A model generated the notes under the pieces. It made no database searches and was not told the DNA's origin. It saw nothing but the letters and a program-made list of their open reading frames with translations. The translations under genes were made by a program, and so were the position numbers. Of a stretch of 64,000 nt of DNA, positions 40,263 to 58,424 are shown piece after piece. Origin of the DNA: the human T2T-CHM13v2.0 reference genome, Homo sapiens; NCBI RefSeq assembly GCF_009914755.1, contig NC_060928.1. One strand, written 5' to 3'. Numbering within the stretch: position 1 is the first letter of the stretch; each line of letters starts with the position of its first letter.

Positions 40263-43200
40263 ATGGGAAGAATCAGATCTAAAGCTCTGCTCTCTTTCTG
40301 GGATTTCTTTGGTTTGGGGGAGTGCCAGGGATCACTTTGTACCATGAAAGCACATGACCTTTTAATGTGCAATGGCCAAAAACTCATTGGTGAGTGCTAA
40401 CTGAAGTTTTGGATGTGACTGACAGAGCTTATGAGGAATGGCTATTACTGCAGGGAGCCACTCATTTATTTGTGAGTATAGGTAAGAAAAGTGTGACTTG
40501 GAGCCCTGGAGGCTATGAAACACCACTGAGGGATAAGAATTCCAAGTGGGATGGACTGATCACAGAATGGGCTTATTGGTGTTGGGTTGCCCACCAGCCT
40601 TGGGGGGAATGTCCTTGCAATGAGCTGCACTGTGGCAGTGTTGCAGACTCATGATGTTTCCCTCTTTCTGGGATCAAAAAATTCAATGAAAAAGTGGGAT
40701 TCTCAATTGGGGTTGATCTAAGTGTTTTGTTTTTCACCTACGCCTACTTTTCACATATTTAAATATTAAGGCCTTAAAAACTGCATGCTTTCTTTGTCCT
40801 ATACATTAAGGGACTCCATCTGGAAGTCAGTAATAGAATCAAGAAAACAAGTTAAGTTGAAAAAACTGCCTACCTAACTAGATTGGTTTCCAAAATATGA
40901 CTTATTGGCATTAAGCTGGCTATTTTTAAATTGTTTGTAAAATAAATTTACATCTACAAAGGAAATCTCCATTTATAATGGCATCTTCCTCTCTGTATTT
41001 AAGCCACTAGAAATTTTTGAGATGAGGAAAACATTGGCTTAAAGTTTACATAACAAATCTTATCTTTGTTAAAGATACTTTTACTGGCAATGCTGTCTTT
41101 ACTAAGCCTTTATCTATTCTCTTCTTTGTTTAAGCAAATACGGTGTTTAAATGTAAGTTCTACGTCTTTGGGATGTAAATTTTTACTTAAGAGTCATGTC
41201 TTTGGAAGTACAAATTTAGAGTTGCCTAACCAGCTAACAATTATTTAGAGCAATGGAACAGATGAGGAAGAGATTGATAGAATAAAGTGGGCAAAGAAAC
41301 TGTTTGAAGAAGAATGTTACAACACTGTAGAATTTGCTTCTGTCTATATGTTTATATACATGATATTTTACTACCTATATGTATTAAATAAATTCGATCA
41401 GTAGACAGGCTTTTTATGAAGTTTGTTTTTTCTTCTTTCCATATTACAATTTCTAGATGCAAAAACTAAATCTTGCTACTCTTCTGCCCCTTCTTCTTAG
41501 ATGAAAAGCCACACAATTTCCTAATCTTAACCAACCAGCTACTTTCTCCTACAATGGTCCTGCAAAAAAACTCTCCTTACTAATGCTAATGTTGTTTTGT
41601 GTACAGATAAATCATACTTGATGATTCTGGAATTTATCATGCAGGTTATGTTATAGGATCTTTAACTGAGAATACAGAAAGTGCTTATCTTCCAGAAGCA
41701 AACTTGGCTCAACAAGCTGAGTTAATAGCATTAATTAGAGCTTGTCAATTGGCAAAAGGAACAACTGCTAATATTTATAGAAATAGCACATATGCTTTCA
41801 GAGTAGCTGATGACTTTGGAATGTTATGGAAAAAAAGAGAATTTTGAACATTTCCTATCAGTCTAAAGAATGGACACTTTGTTTCAGAATTTCTGGAAGC
41901 CATATTATTGCCAAAAGCATTAGCTACTATCAAGATTCCAGACCACTGAAAGTCAGACGCTACAGATAGCAAAGGACAGCAATTATCAAATAATATAGCA
42001 AAAAGGGCTCCCTTAATGTATCTGAGCAAGAAAGTCAACCCATTTTTGTTTTCAAGGAAGTACTTGATTTTGATATACAATTACTTCAATCCAAAGTCCT
42101 AAAAATAGAACAAGAAAATTGGTAAATAGAAGGGTAAATAACTCCTCTATGACTGGACTGTGGTATGCACCAAATGGTCTACTCATACTTCCAACAAAAT
42201 TACAGTTATCTTTCCTAGCTTATGTACCTGGTTTAATTCAATGGAGCCCTGGTGAAGTGATTACTTGGAGAAAACAATATTATTGGAAATTTCTGCAATT
42301 ATTGCTCATAATGTATGCAATCACCGTCACTTCTGCCAAAACTATAATCTGGGGAAATATTTACATAGTACTCAAAGTCATTTTTCTTTACCTGAAGGCC
42401 CCTTCAAAGCGTGACAATTATATTTTATCCAACTATTTATGTTACAAGGGTACGAGTACATTCTAGTGATGATTTATATGTTTTCTCATTGGGTAAAAGC
42501 ATTTCTATGCAGAAGAGCAACAGACTTAGGAGTAAATAAAATTATCTTTGGGAAAAATATTCTGATATGTGGAGTTCCTCTAGACATTCACAGTGACTCA
42601 TTTCACTGGACAAATAATCTAGTCGATATATAAAATCTGGCTCACTCTCCAACATTTCTATTGTGCATATTACTGCCAGTCACCTGGGTTAGTGGAACAC
42701 ACAAGCAAAATAATCAAAATTCATTTGGCAAAAATAACTGAGGCTTTTAAAATCCCTTGGCCAAAAGCTCTTTCACTGGTTGCTTGTTCTTATCCTAAGA
42801 TCCACCTCTTTCCCTATTCATAAACACTGGCTCTCTCTATTTGAAATTATCACAGGCAGACCTATGAAATTATTTTCAGGTAATTGTAAATCTATGATAT
42901 CAAAGGGGGATATGTTGTATTATTGCAGCAGCCTCATAAGGCAACTAATTAAAAATTGTAATTTATTAATAGTAAAACACTCTTTCCACAGTGAGCTCCA
43001 AGGAGACAAGGAACACAAGGACCATGGACATCAACCAGGAGATTTGTCTGTTGAAAATGGCATTCTTTTAAAGGACTTCATTTAACCAAAATGGAAGGGA
43101 CCTTATCAAGTGCTCCTAACTAACCTGTGTGCTGCTAAGTTAAAAGTAATAGATTTTTAGATACATGTCACTCATTTAAAGAAAGTCACTTTACTAATTT

Positions 43201-44961
43201 CTACCTTATCTTAAACCAGTGATTTAAAAATTGAAACTATCTAGAACCAACAAAGATGAGAAAAATATATCAGATGCAGTTAGCTTTCTCAAAACACCAA
43301 ACCAGACCTGTGTCTAAACTAATGCTTAATATTAACAATCATTAATAGATTAATGATTAATAGATTAATCATTAAAAGTCTTCCTTTGCAAGTTCCCACT
43401 AAATATCTTTCTTTTCAACCCTAGATATTATGCTTTATTGCTACTACCAAAGCTATTGCCTATGAATCTAATCTCTTGCAATGGAGTCAAAACTATGCTG
43501 ATAGATTACAAAAAAACACTTGTTGGATATGTGACCTCATACCTTTTTCTGGTGGTTCTTACCTATCACGGTGGGTATCTCCTTTCTAAGGAAAATATTG
43601 GATAGAATATCAGAAATATATCTGTATTTCTCAAGAAAAATCATTGGTGCTTACATTAGTATGACTAAGGATGACATATGTAACTGGTCTATTAATTATA
43701 CTTTACAAAGCAAAGGGCATGGGAAGAGCTTTTTGGTAGATGAAATCTTTTTTTGCTTTTAATACTACCGTTGCCTCAACTGAGAAATAAGACAACTTAA
43801 TTCTAGGATGGTACAACACAAATTTGAGACATCTCTGTATAGCTTACCCCTTCTTTTGGTCAACTTAGTCAGCTTTATGTTGAGAAAAAAGAAAAGAATC
43901 ACACCAAAGACACATAGTTCAGTAACACTGAAGATATGGGATGGATACCCAAGAAATGATGTGTCCACACCCTTATCTTACAAAGTACTGATTGGCATGT
44001 CACTGAATGAACACAGTGGCCAGTATTTATTGGCTAGCTCCAAATGGAATAACTTGACAATGAGGCACCAATTAATGGCTACAGTTAACCCAAGGATGTT
44101 TAGGACAGTGTTCTTTGGGTTACAGCTGGGCACAAGGTTAAATAGTTCATACGCTTTCACAGCCTGAAAATTTTTCTTATTTATAGTCTTATTTGGCTCA
44201 TTCCCTATTTCATTGGTATAATCATTTAGCTTCCATCTTTCTGCCACAACTGGGTACTGAGGTTGTCATTTGGCATGTAGAGACTTTAACCAATTACACG
44301 ATAAAAGGTGGTAAATGGTAGTCACCTGGATCTTATTATTAAACAGTGAAGTTGCTCTTATGAGAATTGCTGTATTGCAGAACCATATAGCTTTAGATAT
44401 ACTCACTGTATTGAAAGGGGGAACTTGCACTATCGTAAAAACTGAGTGTTGTGTCTATATCCCAGATGAACTAGATAACATATTTACATTAATGGCTGAT
44501 ATGGAAAACCAAATAACTAACCTTTCAGATTTAATATCCTCTCTGGATTATTGGATAAGAAGCTGATTTGGATCTTGGGAAACCTGATGGAAAAAACTAG
44601 GAATAATAATCATTTGTAGCATTTTGTCTTGTTTTTGTCTTTACTCCTGGTGCGGCATTTGTTGGCAATGGAGTCAACACACAACTGACAAAACTAAAGT
44701 TTGTTCAAAAAATTGCATTAATTGAAGATGCAACTGTGAAGCCTGACTCAAGTCACAATGTCACCTTCTTCACCTTGCTCTAAATTTGGGCTATACCCCA
44801 TCAGCTTTATAACTTGGTAAATTGCTCATCAATGAAGCATGACTTCCTAGGAGTGAGCTTTTCTAGCAACACTGGACTAAGTTCCTGAACTTATAGGGAA
44901 CCAAACTGTTTGAGGTTATCTACCATGCTTTCTTTGGAACATCTTGATGGAAAAAAAGAAA
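40263..44961 (+). mobile_element. ERV1 (MER4 group) internal region, 3' half: non-coding segment, RNase H, integrase, env
   Basis: RNase H AQQAELIALIRA (about 41708), IN (YILVMIYMFSHWVKAF, LFEIITGRPM, KWKGPYQVLL), env TM. PPT before 44962. Confidence 0.88.
43420..44760 (+). pseudogene. Gamma-type env remnant
   Basis: ORF 44315-44566 has the ISD-like LQNHIALDILT and CX6CC (CTIVKTECC). The upstream SU region is broken by stops and frameshifts. Confidence 0.85.
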
Positions 44962-45442
44962 TATGAAATTAAATAATTCAAGCTTAAAGCTGTTGGAAAT
45001 TTAAGTTACTTAAGCTTTGAGATGAATGTGACTATGTGGTTTGAACGATGTAGCATGCATTTGCAACTTCTGCTTCTTTGTTTTTAGATTAAGTCTCTTT
45101 ATTTTTTTGTCTGTAAATTATTAGAAAAGACCAAATGGCACCAGAGATAAGGCCCATAAAAACCATTGCTTCTCCAGACAGAATTTTAAAGCGATCTTCC
45201 TTGGAACATAGCAAGCTGTAACCGATCAAATTGCTGTAATGGATGTACTGGCCTTACATGGAAAATGTTGCAACCCTGTTGAACTTCTGTGTTTCTGTCT
45301 ATACAAGTAATACTTTAGCTTCTGCATTTTGGAAAGCCGACACTTTGGAGTCCGTATTTCCTGAGTGCCATTCTCAAACTTTGATCATGAATAGACTCTG
45401 TACTTAATTATATTTTCTGGATCTCATCATTTAAGGTTGACA
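44962..45442 (+). mobile_element. 3' LTR of the ERV1 provirus (LTR23/MER84-like)
   Basis: TATGAAATTAAATAATTCAAG...TTTAAGGTTGACA. Paralogous to 58425-58898. Confidence 0.88.
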
Positions 45443-45720
45443 TCTTTATCTTACATGCAAGTATATTTTTACAAAAAGACATATAAAAGAATACTCATTA
45501 TATTATTGAGTATAAGCACATTCAAATATTTTCTCTTTGTAATAACAAAAAATGTTAAAGCGAAATGAATTGTGATATATTTATTCAATAAAATATCACA
45601 CAGTAAAAAATGGATTTATTTTCCACAGAAAAACAGGAATAAATCTCTCATATGTTTAGTAGAAGTTCCTACACAAAAACAAACAACTCTATAATTTTGT
45701 TTAATTAAAGTTAAAAAAAG
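45443..45720 (+). mobile_element. L1ME-type 3' fragment, apparent continuation of 57305-58424
   Basis: CAAAAAGACATATAAAAGAATACTCAT...AATTGTGATATATTTATTCAAT is the L1 segment that follows AATTCCACT. Confidence 0.55.
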
Positions 45721-47531
45721 AAGTGAGACATTTAATATAGTTTCATCAGCATGCATTACAGATCATTAGATAATAGTTTTATTTTATCAGGAATATAGAA
45801 AAAAACTGCTTTTAATTGTTGTTTAAAGAATTTTTTTCCAACACAACACACATTGAAAGATGTGAGAATTGAAAACCATTTGAATTATAAAAAAGTTGAA
45901 TTGTTATTAGAGTTTCACGTAGTAACTGGAGTAACTCTTATACATTAGAAGAAGCTTTCTTTTTTCCTTCTATTGCTTCAGATTGTAGACTGTAAATCTT
46001 ATCATATTCCATAAAATAAAGAACAGTGTACTTGCCAGGTTGCAATTTTTTATTCTTGGTTTTAATTTAGCATTGCCAATGTATTAAAATATAGAAAGAA
46101 AAAATAAAAGGTGTTATATGAGAATATTTTCAGTAATTTGACCAGGAATATCTACAAGCTCTTAGTTGCTACTTTGGTATTACTCTGTTGATATTTTTCA
46201 CTTCTCTACATACTACTCATAGTCACCTTGCTCTGACTTATCTTCCACAGCTGCTAATACAATCTAAGTACATTTATCTTCTTAACATGATCAGCCTTGT
46301 AGAGCTGGGTTACAACTAACATGACATCAATGCTGATAAACTGACTGTATTTCACTATCTCACTGATGTTTTGTCTTGCCTTATGATATAAGGTCTAGTT
46401 CATACATTACTGATAAGACTATTCAGGAAACTAGATAGATGTCTGTGGCAGGTTCAACTATTGGAGTCATAAAAAGGAGGGATAATACTATTACTCTGAA
46501 GACCTGGATGCTGGTGACACATCGATGAAAAGTTATTTGTCCAGGTATTTTTATAAAGTTGGAGATTTATTTTATTTCAAAGATGGTACTTTCCCACATT
46601 GTGCTAATATATGTTTTATCTCTTTACTTATATATGTCAAAGTCCCATGGCACACAAATAGCAGGCATTTGTTTTAGGTGTGATATTACTGTTTTGAAGG
46701 TCAGCTCATTTATAAAAAAGTTTCTTTTAACCTGTACATTTACAAGACACATCTGAGCTGCATATTTTATCATGTGCATTTTAACGAGAATTCCACTACT
46801 GGCTATTTCCTACTGAGTTGGAAAAGAATAGACTTTTGTTATGATAAAATGCTCTTGATTTTGTTTCGAAAAAGATGGAACAATTCTATGGCAATACAAT
46901 TTACATTAACAATATAGATGATCCTATAACTGCTCTCCCATTAACACTGTTGTTTTTACTCTGTTCACCATTTTCTAAAAAGTCCACCTTTAAGGTTGAA
47001 ATATTTCATACTTGTCTCCAAACAAAATGTGTCTGTTTCTATAACATTTCACTCATGTCAATTGTGCTATTATTCTGTACAAGGAAATGGAAAGAAAGTC
47101 ATTTTTATCTTCCCTTAAAGTCTTTTTATACATAAGCAAAGTCTATATAGCAAAATATTATTTTTTCTGCAAGTTTGTTCATAAGGACAAATGTTACTCT
47201 ACTTTTAAAAAATAGCATATTTTAGTGAAAGTGATGCCTAATTTAGTCCAAGATGAACTGTTCAATTGGAGAAAGTAGTTTTTTCTCAACATAAAATTAT
47301 TTTAAGTTACTTGTATAAAACAAATTTACCATAAAACCGTAAAATAATTTTACTTTACCTATGATATTTATGTACATATGTAATATTTAAAATCAATTTA
47401 GAAAACATATTTCAATTGCTTTAGAAAAACAAGACTGTTTGTGTATATGAATATACCTGTGTATGTATGTATAGGTTTGTGTGCATGTGTGTGTGTGTAT
47501 TTGGCAGTGAGGATAGAAAGAAGATGGATTA

Positions 47532-47607
47532 TTTCATGCGCGTCCTTGTGAAGAGACCACCAAACAGGCTTTGTGTGAGCAATAAAGCTGTTTATTTCAC
47601 CTGGGTG
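47532..47607 (-). mobile_element. LTR7 3'-terminal stub (76 bp)
   Basis: Reverse complement CACCCAGGTGAAATAAACAGC...GGACGCGCATGAAA, one mismatch to the end of the 39294-39706 LTR. Confidence 0.95.
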
Positions 47608-49016
47608 AAAAGTTTAGATGGTGCTGAAATATTTACATATAATTCTTCTTCTGAAATATTTAACATCAGGCAAATTTTAATCAAAATATACTGTACTTTT
47701 AAGTGAATGAAAGCTTTCTATTTTATCATAGAAACATGCATATGTGTATAAAAGGGGTTATTTTAGAAACTGTTTTTGTCTCCTCTCCCCCTCCTTACTT
47801 CAGCTTTTGATCAAATTTGGACTAAACTGATGACCAGTACCGTCTGTGACTTTCTGTGTCACTTATTATTAATGTCTGGAAAAATTCCTGACAGTCACGA
47901 TTATGTTATTGTGGCATCCATCCATGTCCTGAAGCAGGATCAGAAAATGTAAAACAGTGCTCACCTTGAACTACTTATATTTTCTAAATCATCCATTTAC
48001 TAATATTTACAAGTAATAAAAAGTAAAGATAAATTAAACTCTAAGGTAATCTTCAAGAATGCATATGTTGTATTACTGTACATGAGATATTCATATATTC
48101 AGGCCCTTCACACTGTAGCCAAGACATTATATCCTATGAATAAAATATAAGAAGCTCTATGATAGTGTAAATACTAGAAAATGACCATATGGTTTATTTA
48201 TTATATCAGCTTGGCATTATTATTGGGAAAAATTCAAATAAACATTTCCTCATTGTTTTATCTGTCATAGGATCACAGCAAACTCGTAGATCTTAGTGGG
48301 AGAATGCAGAAGAGGATCATTTCCCCTAGACTTGGAATTTTAAAGCTGTATGATTAAGGAATCAATTGCCTTTCACTCCGTGTAACTAGAGACTGACTTA
48401 AAATAGTAATAAAATATACTGAAACCCTGGCTCCTGTCAGCTTCATGTCAATGATTAGTGACTGAGGAAGACAAGTCTTAAAATGTCAGTATTGTTTGTC
48501 TTAAGAACTGAAACTTAGCTAAATTCCATGGAGGTCTGAAGGAGGCAAACTCCTTTCCTGGGAGGCAAATATACATATATAAATCTTAGATGAAATAAAT
48601 GTAACTTCACATCAGTATTTCAGAAACACAACTGGATAATGCTAACACTAAAAAAGAGAATAAGAAACAAATTACTAACAGTAAATCCAAACTTTGATTC
48701 AATATAAAGGAACATGGCAAGACTGAGTGGAAAGTTAGTCCAAAGTGGTGTATAAAAATGAAGATATAAGAGGCATCAGAGACTTATACTAAAGTAAACA
48801 TGAGAAACATAAGAAACAAATTGACTGTTAAAGAATAAAAAGGAAGCTGGAAATTTACTTAATTAGGAAAACAATCAAATATTATTATAAATAAATAGCA
48901 ATCAAAGAATTTGGGATGCCAATGATAACAGTAAGTATAATTCTAATGGTTAAAAATCTGCCAATAATACCTAAGCTTCAGAGAAAAGCAGACTTGATTT
49001 CATATCATTGCACTAA

Positions 49017-50705
<1,689 letters not shown>

Positions 50706-51904
50706 AAAGAATTAAAAGACAGTACATTTCTATTGTTTAATGTACTGTCTTACAGTTCTTGAGGATTATGATAGCCCTGGCAAATTATTGCTTCTTCAAG
50801 AGGGAAAAAAAGGGTTTATTTCTACACTTGAAAATGATGCCACTTACACAGGGAAGCAGTAGACATACAAAATCAGTTTTTGACTCAAAAAGTGTTGAAA
50901 GAGGATAAGCCTTAATCTTATTTGAATAAATACATAGAACAAAATGTGCTGATTTTAGATGTGTAAATAAAGTGAATAGAAGGAATAAAGATTTTACTTC
51001 ATTGATGCAGAGTTCAAATAAGTGTATTGCCTTCTATTTCTGGTTATAAAGCCTAATGAATTATCAACACTATTTGCATTTTCACAATATTCCTAAGTTG
51101 AGTACATCTCCTTTTCTGGAATACTTCATTTGTTATCCTTTTTACATTGTAAAAGTTGATATAAACATCTTAATTTTATTCATGTAAACAGGCATGTCCA
51201 TTTTGTTTTATATTTTGACCTCAAATGATATTCATTCTTTTAGTCTTTGCATTTTTTATAGCAGTGTATTTCTAAGAACTAATACAATAAACAATGCTAT
51301 TAAAATTTAAAAAATATCTACTAAAGACATTAGAACTATCAAACTAGGAAACACTTGCAAAACTGGATTTTAAGGAAAAGAGAGTCAAGCCAATATTTGG
51401 CAATGTTTTTCTTCTAAAGGACATTTTCTATTTGAAAGCAAATGAGAGGCTGAGAAACTGAGCAGGAATTGCTCATGGATAGGTAGATTACTGTGGGTAG
51501 AAACTCAACATCTGAGGGAGCTGTTCCTAAGGAAACACTCTAAGCTTTCAGTTAAGAAACTATTAAAGGTGAATTGAAAATAAACCAGACATAACAAAGA
51601 ATAACACCTAGACTGAAAGTGTTCCTAGGTTATTTGACAGAATCAAAGTAAATTTTCTTTGAGAGAATATTCCTCCTCTAGAGAATTAAATTACCTCCCA
51701 ATTTTAAAATGTGAAATATGTCACTCAATAACAAATGGTGGAGTGAAAAAAAGACAAAAATTGACAAAACTAAGAGAAAAATTTAAAATACATAAAGATC
51801 AGGAAATGCAGACATAGAACTTAAAGTTATGAGCCTTATAACATCTACAATTATTATTCTTAAGATATTAATGACAAAATAAAACATTCAGACTAAGGTA
51901 CAAA

Positions 51905-53395
51905 AACAGTAATAGAAAAAGCAATCCTAAGCAAAAAGAACAAAGCTGGGGCATCACATTACTCGACTTCAAATTGTACTGTAAGACTATATTCATCAAA
52001 ACATCATGGTACTGATACCAACAAAAATAGACACAATGACCAAAGGAACCAAATAGAAAACCTCAAAATAAAACTACACATCTATAGCCATCTGATCTTT
52101 GACAAAGTTAACAAAAATAAGCAATAGGGAAGGGAATCACTACTCAATAAATGATGCTGAGATCCTGGCTAGCCATATGCAGAAGAATAAACCTGTACTC
52201 TTCCCTTTCATCATGTACAAAAATTATCTCAAGTTGGATGTGGATTAAATATTTAAGAGCTCAAACTGTAAGAATTCTAGAAGAAAACCTAGGAAGCACT
52301 ATTCTGGACATCAGTCTTGTGAAATGATTTATGGTTAAGTCCTCAAATGCAATTGCCACAAAAACAAAAATTGACAAGTGGGACCAAATTAAGCTAAATA
52401 ACTTCCCCACAGCAAAAGAAAGTATCATCAGAGTGAACAGAAAAACCACAAGATGGGAGAAAATATTCACAAACTCTGCATCAAACAAAGATCCAATATC
52501 CAGAATCTATAAAGAACTTACACAATTCAACAAGCAAAAAATACATAATCATATTAAAAAGTGGGCCAAAAAAATATGAACAGACACTTCTCAAAAGAAC
52601 ACATACAAGCAGCCAATGAACATATAAAAAAAATGCACATCACTAATCATCAGAGAAATGCAAATCAAAACCACAATGAGATATCATCTCATACCAGTCA
52701 GAATGGCTATTTTAAAAAGTACAAAACAACAAATGCTGAGGAGGCTGCTAAGAAAAGGGAATGCTTAAATGCTGTTGGTGGAAATGTAAGTTAGTTCAGC
52801 CACTGGAAAACAGTGCGAATATTTCTCAAAGAACTTAGAACTACCATTTGGCCCAGAAATCTCATTAAGGGACATATATTCAAAAGAATATCAATTGTTC
52901 TACTAAAAAGACATATGCATGCATATGCTCATTGTAGCACTATTTACAATAGCAAAGACATGGAATCAACCTGGTTGCCCATCAATAGTGGGTTAGAAAA
53001 ATAATATGGCACATATACACCATGGAATATTACACAGCCATAAAAAAGGAACAAAAACATGTACTTTGAAGAAACATGGATGTGGCTAGATGCCATTATC
53101 CTGACAATTTAGAAACAGAAAACCAAATACCACACGTTCTTGCTAATAGGTGGGAGCTAAACATTGGGTACTCATGGACATAAAGATGGCAACAATAGAC
53201 ACTGGGGATTGCTAAAGGGGGAAGGGAGAGTAATAGTTGACTAACTATTGGGTACTATGCTTGCTACCTGGGTAACAGGATCATTTGTACTTCAATCCAC
53301 AACATCATGCAATGTATCTATGTAACAAACCTGCACATGTACCACCTGAATCTAAAATAGTACTTGAAATTATTTTGAAAATTAAAAAAATAGTA
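51905..53395 (+). mobile_element. 5'-truncated L1PA16/17-like LINE-1
   Basis: ORF2 C-terminal remnants and 3' UTR GACATAAAGATGGCAACAATAGACACTGGGG. Confidence 0.9.
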
Positions 53396-53449
53396 AAAAA
53401 TAGAATTGAGTATTTTAAACTAATGTAATTGAAATTTAAAATTCTAAAG

Positions 53450-53760
53450 TGTCAGAACAAACAATATAGCAAGCCTGATATTGCTATTTTTAGAAAGATA
53501 TGCATATAAAGTTAATTTGGTACTTGAGAACTTGGATTTGGATTTGGGGGTCTTTACATTGTTACCTAATAAAAATGGCTTATTTTGACCAAACTGTTTG
53601 TAGAAACAATGTGGTTTATGCCTAACACTTGCCTTCTTTCTGGGAGTCTAGAAATTTGATATAAGCTAGCAGAAGGTACCTACATGACCAGCCCTAACAG
53701 AAACACGCTGGGCAGTGAATCTCTTATGAATTTCCTTGGTAGACAATAATTCACGTTTAC
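53450..53760 (+). mobile_element. MER34/MER39-like LTR fragment
   Basis: CTTTCTGGGAGTCTAGAAATTTG...CCTACATGACCAGCCC recalled as a MER4-group LTR segment. Confidence 0.5.
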
Positions 53761-53764
53761 TAAA

Positions 53765-56200
<2,436 letters not shown>

Positions 56201-56205
56201 GCATC

Positions 56206-56584
56206 TGATATGCTCTGGCTGTGCCCCCACCCAAATCTCATCTTAAATTGTAGTTTCTGTAATCCCCATGTGTTGGGGGTGGGAGGCACCTGATGGGAAA
56301 TAATTTAATCATGGGGGCAGTTACCCTCATGCTGTTCTTGTGATAGTGAGTGAGTCCTCACAAGATCTGATAGTTTTATAAGGGGCTTTTCCCCTTTTGC
56401 TCATCACTTCTCCTTCCTGCCACCATGTGAAGAATAACGTGTTTGTTTTCCCTTCTGCCATGATTGTAAGTTTTCTGTGGCCTCCCCCGCACTGCGCAAG
56501 TGTGAGCCAATTAAACCTCTTTTCTTTACAAATTACCCCGTCTTGGGTATGTCTTTATTAGCAGAGTGAGAACAGACTAATACA
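56206..56584 (+). mobile_element. THE1D-like solo LTR
   Basis: TGATATG...CTAATACA termini, collinear with the other THE1D LTRs in the window. Confidence 0.92.
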
Positions 56585-56869
56585 TCATTATAATTAAATG
56601 CATAATACTGAAAACCTTACGAAAACAGAAACAGGAAAGGGATTAGCATTATTAACTTGTAAACATTGTAGTATAGATTGTTGTAAGAAAAAAAGTAAAA
56701 GCAATAAGGATGGGTAAGAAAAAAATAAATTTGTCATTTCTTAGAGATGATATATATGTGTGTAGACAAAATCCAAAAAAAAAGGAAATCTATATAATGT
56801 TATCAGTAAGTAAATTTTTCATGATTACAGGATACAAGAATAAAATTATTATCAGATTTTGCCTTGAAA

Positions 56870-57304
56870 GGGTATTTTTCTTCACAGTATGATTCTGACT
56901 AGGCCCAATGACTACATTTGTCCAATTAAGTGACATTATTCAAGTTCAGAGTGTAAATATCAAGAGTTTTTCAAGGCTTTACAGACTCATTTGGGTCTTT
57001 GTCCACCTTTACCATATGAAAAGGTCTATACTAGCCTCCTAATGATTATAAACCACATGTAGCTAGAAGAGTCATCTTACCCAAGTGTCTTAGAGAAGTC
57101 AGTTCCAAGCTTTCCCAGCTGCTTATCACAAACCCAGAGGGAATCCAACCAGAATGAGCTAAGCAAGACCCACACCAGTAGAACCACCCCAATGAGATTC
57201 AGCCCATTTGTCAATGCATATAATTATGGCCTAAAAAATTGTATGCTTTTTTATTTTGATAAATTTTGGGATGTTTTACTTAAACCAAAGCTAACTGATA
57301 TAAA
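56870..57304 (+). mobile_element. Old MLT1-type LTR fragment
   Basis: Ends TAAATTTTGGGATGTTTTACTTAAACCAAAGCTAACTGATATA, an MLT1-like terminus. Confidence 0.55.
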
Positions 57305-58424
57305 ACCCAACCAAATATGTGCAAGACCTATACCAAGAAAATGATAAAGCATTAGGAGACCTTCAAGAAGATTTAAATAAATTGAGGTGTATACTAACAT
57401 CATGGATAGAGAGAGGTAAAGATGTGAATGCTCTCCAAATTGATCTAAAAATTCAATGTATTCCCAAATACAACATTACCAGAATTCTGAATTGGAAATA
57501 AAAACTGATCATATAATATTTATGGTAACAAAATAAATGACTAAGAATCACTGGGACATTCTTGAACACAGACAAAATATTGGTAAACATAATTAACAGA
57601 TCAGTTATCAACATTGATTGTAATTAGGACAAACACAGAAAATAGGACAATATAATACTGGCATGAAGAAAGACAAATGGAGCAGTATAACAGAATAAAT
57701 AGACCAAAAATACACCTACGTAATAAATATGATCTTGATTTACAGCAAGGTTTACATTACAAAAGGATTATCTTTAAATAAATGAAGGTGTGAAGTGTAT
57801 ACTGAAATAGAAGAAAATTGTCTGTGACCCCCTTCCAAACACTATACACAGAAAAGTAGTATAAAACCTAACTGTTAAAAGTTAATTAATAAAAATTATG
57901 GATATAAATATGGAATTAATTACTATAACATTATTTTACATGAAAATTAAGAACTTTGTTCATAAAGAATACCAATACAAATGTAAATTCAAAGAACAGA
58001 TGAATTATTTGCAATAAATACAACTCATTAAGGTCTTGCAAATATTCTCCCAGAATATATAAATCTATAAGACACTAATTAATAAGAAAGAGAGATAATA
58101 CAAATGAAAAATGAAGAATTAAACTTGAGGATAACTTCATAAAATATATTCAGATACTCAATAAAAACACACATAAGTACAATACCCTATTATTAATCAA
58201 GAAAAGTACTAAGTAATATAGGCATTATACACTCATCAGAATGGCTAACATAAGAAACATTATAGTAACGTGAGTTGACAAAGTTCTGTAGCAATTGGAA
58301 CTCTCATGCATTGCTTGTACAAATGTGGGTAAATTGGTACCACTTAGAAAAACTGGGAAGATCTACTAAAATAGAATAAAACAATTTCTGATGACAAAAC
58401 AATTCCACTATCTTTACATAGCCT
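57305..58424 (+). mobile_element. L1ME-type ORF2 3' region (host of the ERV1 insertion)
   Basis: Degenerate ORF2 (MQDLYQEND..EDLNK..SWI) running to GGAACTCTCATGCATTGC...AATTCCACT. Confidence 0.7.
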
